Source: an uncultured Solibacteraceae bacterium
GTDB taxonomy: Bacteria; Acidobacteriota; Vicinamibacteria; Vicinamibacterales; SCN-69-37
Length of the DNA stretch: 64,000 nt
Assembly (NCBI GenBank): GCA_964489685.1
Contig: CAZAZR010000003.1
Coordinates: 2,536 to 66,535 of the forward strand
Direction of reading: 5' to 3'
In this document: positions 7,659 to 15,814 of the stretch, in pieces
Position numbering within the stretch: position 1 is the stretch's first letter
How the letters are laid out: the number at the start of each line of letters is the position of its first letter
Notes under the pieces: generated by a model
Told to the model about the DNA's origin: nothing
Seen by the model: only the letters and a program-made list of their open reading frames with translations
The model's database searches: none
Position numbers and translations under genes: made by a program

Positions 7659-9191
7659 TCAAACGGCGGCACGCAGCCGCGCCTCAGCCTCGGCATAACG
7701 ACGCCTCAAGTCCGCGTATGTCGCGGCGGCAGACGCATCGGGCGTCACTCGGCTCGACTCCACCGGGGCGGCCAGATTCCTGACGATGTCCGGCCAGGGC
7801 ACCGGATCGGGTGACGAGGCCGCGTCGGCGTGCCACGCCCGTAGCGCAGAACCCAGACACGCGGAGTTTCCCACGGGGAGCTGATAGACGTCGGCGTCGA
7901 AGACATTGGCCATGACCTGCAACACATCGCGGTTGGCAGCGGCGCCGCCCGTGGCGTGAATCCGGCGGACGCCCACGCCCATCCAGCGCGAGTGGTTGGC
8001 CATCGCCATCATCTGCGCTTCAACCACCCCCCGCACGTTGCCCGGCACATCGTCAGGCTCGAGGCCGACACGGCGCACGCCGGCGACGGGAACGTCGGGC
8101 GTGATTTCGGGATCGAACCAGGGAAACATCAGTCGGCCGTAGTTGCCTGGGGGCGTGGAACGAAGCGCCGAGGAAAAGCCGGCCCAGTCAAGCCCATAGG
8201 CGTCGCGCACGCGCTCACGCGCCAGCGATCCATTCTTGAAGACGGTGATCCCCATGAAGTCACCGGTCGGCGCGCCGAAGACATGACCAATGCCGCCGGG
8301 GTCCACCCTCGATTCGCGCATGATGCCGGCAATCGTGTCACTGGTGCCGAGAGAGACCACCATGTGTCCGTCCGCCACCAGGCCCGTACCGACGAGGCTC
8401 GACGAGTTGTCGCCCGTCCACGCCACAATACGTGCCGACGGCAAGCCGAACCGCGACTGCCAGCGGGGCGCGAGCGTGCCAATCACGGTGGCGGACGGCA
8501 CAATGCGCGGCAGTTTTGACGCGAGTCCGGGTGCCGTGGCGTCCAGGGCCAGCGGCCACCAGTCCTGGGTCGCGAGGTCCATCAGGTTCATCCCGCTGGC
8601 ATCACCAGGGTCAAGCGGCGCATCGTCGCCCGTGAGTTGGGACGCCAGAAAAGAACTCACCAGATGGATGCGGGCCGTGTCGGCGTAGGCCCGCGGCTCT
8701 GTCTTGTGGAACTTTCGAATCTGGGGTCCGGTAAAACGTTCATAGGCGCGCGACCCCGTGCGCTGGGCCAGCACCGCGGCACCACCCACTGCGGCGGTGA
8801 TTTCCGCGCACTCGTCGCGCGTGCTGCTGTCCATCCAGATTGGGGCCACGGACCGTGTGAGCGCCCCGGTGCTGCTGAGGTAGACGCTGCCATGCTGCTG
8901 TGCACACCCGCTGATGGCGCATAGACTGCGGATGTCGATGCCGCACCGCGTCACGCGGCCCAGCATCTGCTCCAATGCCCTCACCCACATCTCTGGCGAC
9001 GAGACCCGGACGAGCGGGTCGTCGGAGGGCAACACACCATGTGAGGTGCCGAACTCCGGAAACGTCTCATCAAACGGCATCGCGTCCTGCCAGAGCACTT
9101 CCGCGCGACCGCCGGTGACAGCGATGAGAATGGCTGACAGGCTTTGCGTGGAGCTGTCGAGCCCGAGGTAACACCTCTGGTGGGGGCTCAC
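7659..9191 (-). CDS. FGGY-family carbohydrate kinase (xylulokinase-like)
   Basis: 510 aa. The N-terminal YLGLDSSTQSLSAILI phosphate-1 motif resembles eukaryote-type xylulokinases. Also present are WTGDNSSSLVGTG and a C-terminal HATGGAAANRDVLQVMANVF. The GTG start overlaps the upstream stop by GTGA at 9188-9191. Confidence 0.8.
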   Translation of the reverse strand: MSPHQRCYLGLDSSTQSLSAILIAVTGGRAEVLWQDAMPFDETFPEFGTSHGVLPSDDPLVRVSSPEMWVRALEQMLGRVTRCGIDIRSLCAISGCAQQHGSVYLSSTGALTRSVAPIWMDSSTRDECAEITAAVGGAAVLAQRTGSRAYERFTGPQIRKFHKTEPRAYADTARIHLVSSFLASQLTGDDAPLDPGDASGMNLMDLATQDWWPLALDATAPGLASKLPRIVPSATVIGTLAPRWQSRFGLPSARIVAWTGDNSSSLVGTGLVADGHMVVSLGTSDTIAGIMRESRVDPGGIGHVFGAPTGDFMGITVFKNGSLARERVRDAYGLDWAGFSSALRSTPPGNYGRLMFPWFDPEITPDVPVAGVRRVGLEPDDVPGNVRGVVEAQMMAMANHSRWMGVGVRRIHATGGAAANRDVLQVMANVFDADVYQLPVGNSACLGSALRAWHADAASSPDPVPWPDIVRNLAAPVESSRVTPDASAAATYADLRRRYAEAEARLRAAV

Positions 9192-10195
9192 GGAACTTCC
9201 CAGCCTCCAGACACCGAGGAACGGAATGCCGCATCGATGACGGCCATGTTCTTGACCGACATCTCAAGCGGATACGGCGCTGCGCGCGATTCAAGAATGG
9301 CGAGCGACAATTCGTCGGCCTGAACGCGGTACTGATCACACGCCGGAATCTCCACCGTCTCGACCGTCCTGCCGAACAGGTCGCCCTGGGTATCCACAAA
9401 GAGTCGGCACGGGCGATCGGGCGGCGCGTTGAAAGGAATCTCAACTTCGAGGCGGCCGCTCGTGCCAAACACCTGCACACGCTGGTAGGGCGCGAGCCTC
9501 GTGCTGCAGACGCCAATGGCCTGTCCCGAGGGGTACTCAAGCAGCAACGATGTCAGGGTATCGACGCCAGATACCGGGTCGCGCTCGATCAGGCTCATCA
9601 CGCGTCGAGGTTCCTCAGCAAACACCATCCGCGACGTCATGATCAGGTAACAGCCGATGTCCATCAGGCCACCGCCGCCCCACTCCACGACACTGCGAAT
9701 GTTGACCGGGTCGTCGTTGTAGTAGCTGAACGCGCCGACGTACGAACGAATGGCCCCGAGACGACCCGATCGGCACACGTCGATCGCGCGCAGCCACTGC
9801 GGGTGCGTGCGCACCATAAACGCCTCCTGGATGGTGACGCCGGTGCGATCGCGCACACCAATCAGCGCTCGCGCTTCGTCGGCCGTCAAGCCGACCGGCT
9901 TCTCGCACAACACGTGTTTGCCGGCCTCTGCGGCCAGCGTCGTCCACGGCACGTGCAGATGGTTCGGCAACGGGTTGTAGATGGCATCCACTTCCGGATC
10001 GGCCAGCAAGGCCTCATACGATCCGTAGGACGTTGGAATGCCCAGCGCGGTGGCCACGACCCTGGCGGTCGAGGCGTCGCGGGAAGCGATCGCCACCACG
10101 TCAGAGTGCCTGCCGCCCTGCATGGCGGGAATCACCTTGTCTACACCGATTTTCGCGGTGCTCAACACACCCCATTTGATCTTCATCTTCTGCAT
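9188..10195 (-). CDS. Gfo/Idh/MocA family NAD(P)-dependent oxidoreductase
   Basis: 335 aa. Motifs KIKWGVLSTAKIGVDKVIPAM, HVLCEKP (EKP motif) and a C-terminal alpha/beta dimerisation region. Confidence 0.85.
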   Translation of the reverse strand: MQKMKIKWGVLSTAKIGVDKVIPAMQGGRHSDVVAIASRDASTARVVATALGIPTSYGSYEALLADPEVDAIYNPLPNHLHVPWTTLAAEAGKHVLCEKPVGLTADEARALIGVRDRTGVTIQEAFMVRTHPQWLRAIDVCRSGRLGAIRSYVGAFSYYNDDPVNIRSVVEWGGGGLMDIGCYLIMTSRMVFAEEPRRVMSLIERDPVSGVDTLTSLLLEYPSGQAIGVCSTRLAPYQRVQVFGTSGRLEVEIPFNAPPDRPCRLFVDTQGDLFGRTVETVEIPACDQYRVQADELSLAILESRAAPYPLEMSVKNMAVIDAAFRSSVSGGWEVP

Positions 10196-10282
10196 CCGCG
10201 AATCGGTAATCTACCTCAGTCTCCTGCGGAAGGGACAAAAAGTCTGCTAGGCTTCCGGCCACACCCTGACGCGTGACGGAGG

Positions 10283-10759
10283 ATGACCGTGTTGCGAAGC
10301 CTGCTGCTGTGTGGAGGTCTGTTGATTGTGGCGATGCCGTTGACCGCGCAAACCCAACTGCCCACGAAACGGGTGCTGACGCTGGAGGCAGCGCGGCGCG
10401 TCCTGTCGGCGGCAGAGGCCGAGGCCCGCAAGAACAACTGGGCGGTGTCCATCGCGGTGCTCGACGACAGCGGGCACCTGATCCTGTTCCAGCGGATGGA
10501 CGGCGCCAAACTTGTCGCCACGGACATTGCCATTCGGAAGGCGCGCACGGCGGCCTATTTCCAGGGGCCGACCAAGGACCTGGAGGCGGAGGTGGCCGGC
10601 GGCCGGACCGCGCTGCTGCCGATCGACGGCTTCATGCCACTCGAGGGCGGTGTGCCGCTGATGTCAGGTGGCCAACTCGTCGGCGCCGTCGGCGTCAGCG
10701 GCGTCAGCGGCGCGCAAGACGCGCAGTGTGCGCTCGCAGGCGCGGCGGTGATCAAATAG
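10283..10759 (+). CDS. Secreted GlcG/HbpS-like (DUF336) haem-binding/degrading family protein
   Basis: 158 aa. Signal peptide MTVLRSLLLCGGLLIVAMPLTAQ. Motifs AVSIAVLDDSGHLILFQRMDGA, IAIRKARTAAYF and GAVGVSGVSGAQDAQCA. Confidence 0.8.
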   Translation: MTVLRSLLLCGGLLIVAMPLTAQTQLPTKRVLTLEAARRVLSAAEAEARKNNWAVSIAVLDDSGHLILFQRMDGAKLVATDIAIRKARTAAYFQGPTKDLEAEVAGGRTALLPIDGFMPLEGGVPLMSGGQLVGAVGVSGVSGAQDAQCALAGAAVIK

Positions 10760-10785
10760 ATCACCACCCTCAATAGGAGCGCTCG

Positions 10786-12093
10786 TTATTGTCCTCCCGC
10801 GAGTGCGAGCAACGTCGCGAGCGCGATCTCGATGCCTCTCAGGCTCGGGACCTTGTCAACCGCAATCCACTCGTCGAGTGCGTGCGCGCGGCCGCCACGG
10901 CCACCTGAATCGACGGTAATCGCGGGAATCCGCAGGCTGATAGGGATGTTCGAGTCGGTACTGCCCCAGCTGAACGTCGGCCGCCCACCCGCCGCCCGAA
11001 TCGACGCGGCCGCCGTCTGCACGATCGGCGAGTCGATCGGGGTCTCCCCTGACGGCCGGTCGCCGATCAGCTTCAGCTCAGCGGTCACTGCGCCCTGAGC
11101 CGTGGAGCGGGCGGCATTCTCCTCGCGCACCGCGTCGGCAATCAACGCCATCAGGCTTTCATCGAGCTTCTGCAGTTCGACCCGTGATTCCGACCGCATA
11201 TCCAGCTCCATCCAGGATTCGAACGGGATCGAGTTCACCGAGGTGCCCCCACCGACCACGCCGACGCTGTAGGTTGTTTTTGGTTTCTCCGGCACGGTCA
11301 GCTTGCCGAACCGCTGCATCGCGCCGGCCATGGCAAATGCCGGACTCACCAGTCCAAACGCCCCGTAACTGTGTCCGCCCGGTCCCTTGAAGATGACGCG
11401 GTATCGGCGGCTGCCGACGCCGCCGTGCGTGATGTTTGCCCCGCCGCCAGCGCCGTCCACCGAGATAAACATCTTGATACGGTCCTTGTACTTGCCCGTG
11501 TTGAACAGGTACTTCACGCCGCGCAGGTCGCCCTGGCCTTCTTCACCCACATTGCCAATAAACAGCAGGTCGCTCGACGTACGAATGCCCGCCTCGTTCA
11601 TCGCACGGATCATCGCCAGTAACACCGCCAGCGAACGGGTGTCATCACCGATGCCTGGTGCCGACAATCGATCACCCTCCCGCTTGACCTTCACATCGGT
11701 CCCCTCGGGAAACACCGTATCGAGGTGCGCTGCAATCGCGACAAGCGGCGCCGTCTCTCTCGCTGCGGCTGTGCCACGGCGGAGCCCCATGACGTTACCT
11801 TCTTCGTCCTGCTCGACATCGGTCAGGCCGGAGGCGCGCAGCATCTCGAGGTAGGCGGCCGCGCGCGCGGCTTCCTTGAATGGCGGAGCGGGAATCTCGG
11901 TCAGTGTGATGATCTCGGCAATCATGCGGTCGTGATCGCGATCGAGCACGGCGATCGCCTTCCTGAAGCCGTCGCTGCCCCGAACCGTGGCAACCGTTGT
12001 GTCAAACGTATTCGTCTGCGCCGCCACAGACGCGCCAATCAGGCACGCGGCCACGACAGCGTTCATGAATCGTGAATACATGCCGACGATCAT
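10786..12093 (-). CDS. M20-family metallopeptidase (tripeptidase/PepT-like), probably secreted
   Basis: 435 aa. Hydrophobic N-terminus MNAVVAACLIGASVAAQ. Motifs IAAHLDTVFPEGTD, GIGDDTRSLAVLLAMIRA, NVGEEGQGDLRG and a C-terminal GGRAHALDEW. The exact start (12093, 12078 or 12066) is uncertain. Confidence 0.8.
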   Translation of the reverse strand: MIVGMYSRFMNAVVAACLIGASVAAQTNTFDTTVATVRGSDGFRKAIAVLDRDHDRMIAEIITLTEIPAPPFKEAARAAAYLEMLRASGLTDVEQDEEGNVMGLRRGTAAARETAPLVAIAAHLDTVFPEGTDVKVKREGDRLSAPGIGDDTRSLAVLLAMIRAMNEAGIRTSSDLLFIGNVGEEGQGDLRGVKYLFNTGKYKDRIKMFISVDGAGGGANITHGGVGSRRYRVIFKGPGGHSYGAFGLVSPAFAMAGAMQRFGKLTVPEKPKTTYSVGVVGGGTSVNSIPFESWMELDMRSESRVELQKLDESLMALIADAVREENAARSTAQGAVTAELKLIGDRPSGETPIDSPIVQTAAASIRAAGGRPTFSWGSTDSNIPISLRIPAITVDSGGRGGRAHALDEWIAVDKVPSLRGIEIALATLLALAGGQ

Positions 12094-12119
12094 AGCCTTC
12101 CGAGGGCAGCGGCGTCAGG

Positions 12120-12136
12120 CCGCCCATCGGGGGCGG
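12120..12136 (-). terminator. Weak candidate hairpin just after the ligase-family gene stop
   Basis: ccgccc (12120-12125) pairs perfectly with gggcgg (12131-12136) across a 5 nt loop, and two G-U pairs could extend the stem. There is no U-tract, so the call is weak. Confidence 0.25.
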
Positions 12137-12137
12137 T

Positions 12138-13385
12138 TCACGTCTGTTCAAAGGAGGTTTGAAGGCGCCAGGCCGCCAGTACAAGGCCGCACGCGAGCCA
12201 CTGAAAGATGCCCACTTTCGCGCCAAGCGCGACGGCATCCAGTAAACCAAACACCTGCACCGAGAACACGGACAGCCCTGCGGCGACACCGACGGCGCGT
12301 ACCCAGGAGTCTCCCCCATTCAGGCGGGCAAGGTCGTAAGCGCGACGCAGGACAAACACCGTCACCGCCATGTAGGCCGCCAGCCCGATCAATCCAACAT
12401 CCAGTGCGGTCTGCAAAAACACATTATGCGCGTGCGGGCGGCCGACGATGATGTCCGGGTAGACGAGGACCGGCGAGTAGCCACTGTGCCTGAAGTAGTC
12501 GAATCCGATGCCGGTCCACGGGGAGGTGCGCAACGCCTCGAGCGCCTGTTGCCAGATGGCGATCCGTGTCTGCAGGGATCCCATCGGTTCAGCGGCCCTC
12601 GGATGGTCGCCCCACAGGGTGTAGACCACGACTGGCACGAGCACGAAAACCGCGATGGCCGTCGCCCACCAGACCGCCGGCTTCACGAACCGACGGGCCA
12701 TCAGCCACACCATGCCCGCGGCCGCGAGCCAGACTGACCTCGATTGCATCACCACGACAACGGCGATGGTTCCCAGAGCGGACAGTACGCCCGCGACCTG
12801 AAGCGGGATGCGAACGCTGCTTCCGACCAATGGAGACCCGGCGAGCGCCACCGCCACAGGCACCACCATTATCGCGAGTGCCGCGAGCGCGTTTCGGTTG
12901 ACGGACCGTTGAGGATGCAGGCGGCCAATCGGCAAGGGCGCTGGCGCGCTGACCGGCGCCGTGGGTTTCCCGAACATCGTCTTCGCGGTGTGCACCGGCA
13001 ATACGCTGCGAAAGCCGATGGCTGCGGCAGCGGCACCGAAGACCACAAACGCGAGGACGGCACACACGAGTCGTTCGCGCGTGCGGCACCAGACCCCGAC
13101 CGTGCCCATGGCAAGGAGCCCAAGCGCCAGACCGGCAAAGTGGTTGATGGTCTCCGGTTGCTCAGCCACGTCGAGCGCCGAGAAGATCGCGGCCACGGCC
13201 AGCACCGCCACGTACAGCGGGAGGCGCCCGACATTTCGCACGAGACCAATGGCGCAGATCATGGCCACGGCGGCGAGCACGCCCACCGCTCCAAGGCCTG
13301 AGGACCCCGCCAGCGCTGGAAATGCGAGCACGGGTGCCACCAGGGTCAGCACCGCAGCCGCGATCGATGGGACCCGACTTGTCAT
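12138..13385 (-). CDS. O-antigen ligase / Wzy_C-family polytopic membrane protein
   Basis: 415 aa, about 10-12 hydrophobic spans. Family motif GRPHAHNVFLQTALDVGLIGLAAY in a late loop. ATGA overlap with the upstream GT4-like stop (13382-13385). Confidence 0.75.
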   Translation of the reverse strand: MTSRVPSIAAAVLTLVAPVLAFPALAGSSGLGAVGVLAAVAMICAIGLVRNVGRLPLYVAVLAVAAIFSALDVAEQPETINHFAGLALGLLAMGTVGVWCRTRERLVCAVLAFVVFGAAAAAIGFRSVLPVHTAKTMFGKPTAPVSAPAPLPIGRLHPQRSVNRNALAALAIMVVPVAVALAGSPLVGSSVRIPLQVAGVLSALGTIAVVVVMQSRSVWLAAAGMVWLMARRFVKPAVWWATAIAVFVLVPVVVYTLWGDHPRAAEPMGSLQTRIAIWQQALEALRTSPWTGIGFDYFRHSGYSPVLVYPDIIVGRPHAHNVFLQTALDVGLIGLAAYMAVTVFVLRRAYDLARLNGGDSWVRAVGVAAGLSVFSVQVFGLLDAVALGAKVGIFQWLACGLVLAAWRLQTSFEQT

Positions 13386-14245
13386 TGATGCACGAGGTCC
13401 AGGAACAGGTCGTAGGCCCGCGCGATCGCGCCCTCTCTGTCGACGCGTTCGGCGGCATACGCCATGGCCCGCACGGCGTACGCATCGTGTTCTGCGGGCA
13501 ACCGGGCACTGAGCGCTTCGATGGCCATGCCAAACGCCGACATCGAACTCAGTGGAAGACTCCAGCCGACCTCGTGTTTTTCCACATCACTCCAGGGCGT
13601 CTGGTCGCTGATTAGCACGGGTAGGCCCGCCGACAGCGACTCAAAGATGACGTGCCCGAAGTTCTCCCCACGGGTCGGAAAAAACAACAGGTCGTGTCTG
13701 GCGAGCGTGCGTTTCACCTGATCGGGCTGTACCTCGCCCTGGTAGACGGCGCGGACATTCGGTGGCAGACGTGCCAGCAGTCGCTCGCACTCCAACCAGT
13801 ACGACGCGTCCTCAATTGGACCAAAGATGGCGAACTCGACGGGCACCTTGACGCCGGCCAACACGCGAAGCGCGAAGTCCAGATTCTTCTTGGGGGAGAT
13901 GCGCGACGGGAAACAGAGGCGCAGCGCTCCGGGGACGCGCGGTTGAACCCGCATCGGCGATTCCGTCGACACCTCCTCGGTCAAATCCGAGGCCACCCGC
14001 ATCTGGTCTTGCCGAACACGCTTCAGGATCCGGACGATCTCGTCTCGCTCCGACTCGTTCGACGCCTGCCAGGTAAGGTCCCGATTGCGCCGGAATTCAG
14101 ACTGGGTCGCGGAGCGAACCAAGTGCTGTCCCTGAACGATCAGCTTCACCTGATGAGTTGCATCAACGTCGGCTATGCGCGCTCGCAACCAACCCCACGC
14201 CGCGCGGGTCTTGGCACACGCCACTTGACTCGTCATCAGGCTCAC
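13382..14245 (-). CDS. Glycosyltransferase family 4, C-terminal domain intact but N-terminal Rossmann domain largely missing (short or truncated form)
   Basis: 287 aa. The C-domain motifs are good (SRISPKKNLDFALRVL, FFPTRGENFGHVIFESLSAGLPVLISD). Only about 105 aa precede them, and only 126 nt of non-coding DNA separates the start from the DUF1501 stop. Confidence 0.6.
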   Translation of the reverse strand: MSLMTSQVACAKTRAAWGWLRARIADVDATHQVKLIVQGQHLVRSATQSEFRRNRDLTWQASNESERDEIVRILKRVRQDQMRVASDLTEEVSTESPMRVQPRVPGALRLCFPSRISPKKNLDFALRVLAGVKVPVEFAIFGPIEDASYWLECERLLARLPPNVRAVYQGEVQPDQVKRTLARHDLLFFPTRGENFGHVIFESLSAGLPVLISDQTPWSDVEKHEVGWSLPLSSMSAFGMAIEALSARLPAEHDAYAVRAMAYAAERVDREGAIARAYDLFLDLVHQ

Positions 14246-14371
14246 AGTTTCTTTCCTGCTGGCGGGACGAAGACATCCGAGGCCACGGGACGCCGAAGGG
14301 CGCGGTTCCGGAGAAAACTGTATCCGATGCCTTCCCGGCGAGGCGCGTTCTCTCGATGGGATGCGTCGCGA

Positions 14372-15814
14372 CTACGCCAGAATTTCCCGAATGACCTTGC
14401 CATGCACATCGGTGAGCCTCATGTCGCGACCGTTGAATCGGTACGTCAGCTTCTCGAAGTCGAGTCCGAGCAGGTGCAGGATGGTGGCGTGGAGTTCGTA
14501 GACCGACTTCGCATTCTCCACCGCCTGGTAGCCGTACTGGTCAGTGGCGCCCACGACCGTGCCGCCCTTCACGCCGCCGCCGGCCAGCCACACGCTGAAG
14601 CCCTTGTTGTTGTGATCGCGGCCGTCCATGCGCTCTGAGATCGGCAGCCGGCCGAACTCGCCGTGCCACACGATGAGCGTGTCCTCGAACATGCCCCGGC
14701 TCTTGAGGTCCTTGATGAGCCCGGCCAGGGGTTTGTCGGTCTCGGCGCAGTGCAGGCCATGGTTGCCCTTCAAGTCCCAGTGCGCGTCCCAGCTTGGCTC
14801 GAAGTTGCCGCCGCCAGAAAAAATCTGAACGTAGCGCACGCCGCGTTCCACCATGCGGCGGGCCATCAGGGCCTGGCGTCCGAAGTAGTCGGTCGGCTCG
14901 ACGCCGATCCCGTAGAGGTTCCTGGTGGCAGCCGATTCCTGGCCCAGATCAATCGCCTCAGGGGCATGCGTCTGCATGCGGAACGCGAGCTCGTAGGAAA
15001 ACACGCGCGCCGACAGCTCGCTGTCGAGCGGATGCAGGTCGCCGTGTCTTTCATTCAGTGCGGCCAACATGCGCAGCCAACGCTGCTGTTCCTCCGGCGT
15101 ACGATCCGCAGGGGGCTTGAGGTCGACGATGGGCGATCCCTTGTCTCGGATCTGGGTGCCCTGATAGGCGGCGGGCAGATATCCGTTGGACCAGTTCGGC
15201 GGCCCATTGATCGGCCCACCGCGATGATCGGTGAAGACGATGAAGCCCGGCAGGTTCTGGTTTTCGCTGCCCAGCCCGTACGTCACCCAACTGCCGACGC
15301 TCGGACTGCCGGCCAGGATCGTGCCTGTATTCATCTGGAACAGGGCGGGCCCGTGGGCGGGACTCACGCCGTACATCGATCGAATGAGGGCGATGTCGTC
15401 CACATGTTGCGCCATGTGGGGAAACAGCTCGGACACTTCCATGCCGGACTGGCCGTGTTTCTTGAACGCCCACGGCGACGGCATCAACCCGCCCGGATTC
15501 CCCATGACCGTCCGCACGTCGCCGACGCCCTGCATCGTCTCGCCCTGCCACTTGACGAGATCGGGCTTGGGATCCCAAGTATCGATGTGACTGACGCCGC
15601 CGTAACAGAAGATCGAGATGACGGCCCTGGCTTTTGCGGGAAGCGGCGCGGCCTTCGGCAGGAGCGGATTGCGCGCCTGCGCACCTGCGACATTCTGCGT
15701 CAGCAGGTCCGCGAAGGCGAGCCCCGCGATGCCGCCACCGAGTCGACCCAACAGCTCTCGCCGCGTGTACTGGAGCTTCTCGACATGTCCGCAGCCGTGA
15801 TGATGGTGGGTCAT
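14372..15814 (-). CDS. DUF1501 domain protein (alkaline-phosphatase/sulfatase superfamily), Tat-exported
   Basis: 480 aa. Twin-arginine signal TRRELLGRLGGGIAGLAFADLL. Family-typical blocks FCYGGVSHIDTWDPKP, DHRGGPINGP, WDAHWDLKGNH, WHGEFGRLP and GRDHNNKGFSVWLAGGG. ATGA overlap with the upstream gene (15811-15814). Confidence 0.85.
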   Translation of the reverse strand: MTHHHHGCGHVEKLQYTRRELLGRLGGGIAGLAFADLLTQNVAGAQARNPLLPKAAPLPAKARAVISIFCYGGVSHIDTWDPKPDLVKWQGETMQGVGDVRTVMGNPGGLMPSPWAFKKHGQSGMEVSELFPHMAQHVDDIALIRSMYGVSPAHGPALFQMNTGTILAGSPSVGSWVTYGLGSENQNLPGFIVFTDHRGGPINGPPNWSNGYLPAAYQGTQIRDKGSPIVDLKPPADRTPEEQQRWLRMLAALNERHGDLHPLDSELSARVFSYELAFRMQTHAPEAIDLGQESAATRNLYGIGVEPTDYFGRQALMARRMVERGVRYVQIFSGGGNFEPSWDAHWDLKGNHGLHCAETDKPLAGLIKDLKSRGMFEDTLIVWHGEFGRLPISERMDGRDHNNKGFSVWLAGGGVKGGTVVGATDQYGYQAVENAKSVYELHATILHLLGLDFEKLTYRFNGRDMRLTDVHGKVIREILA

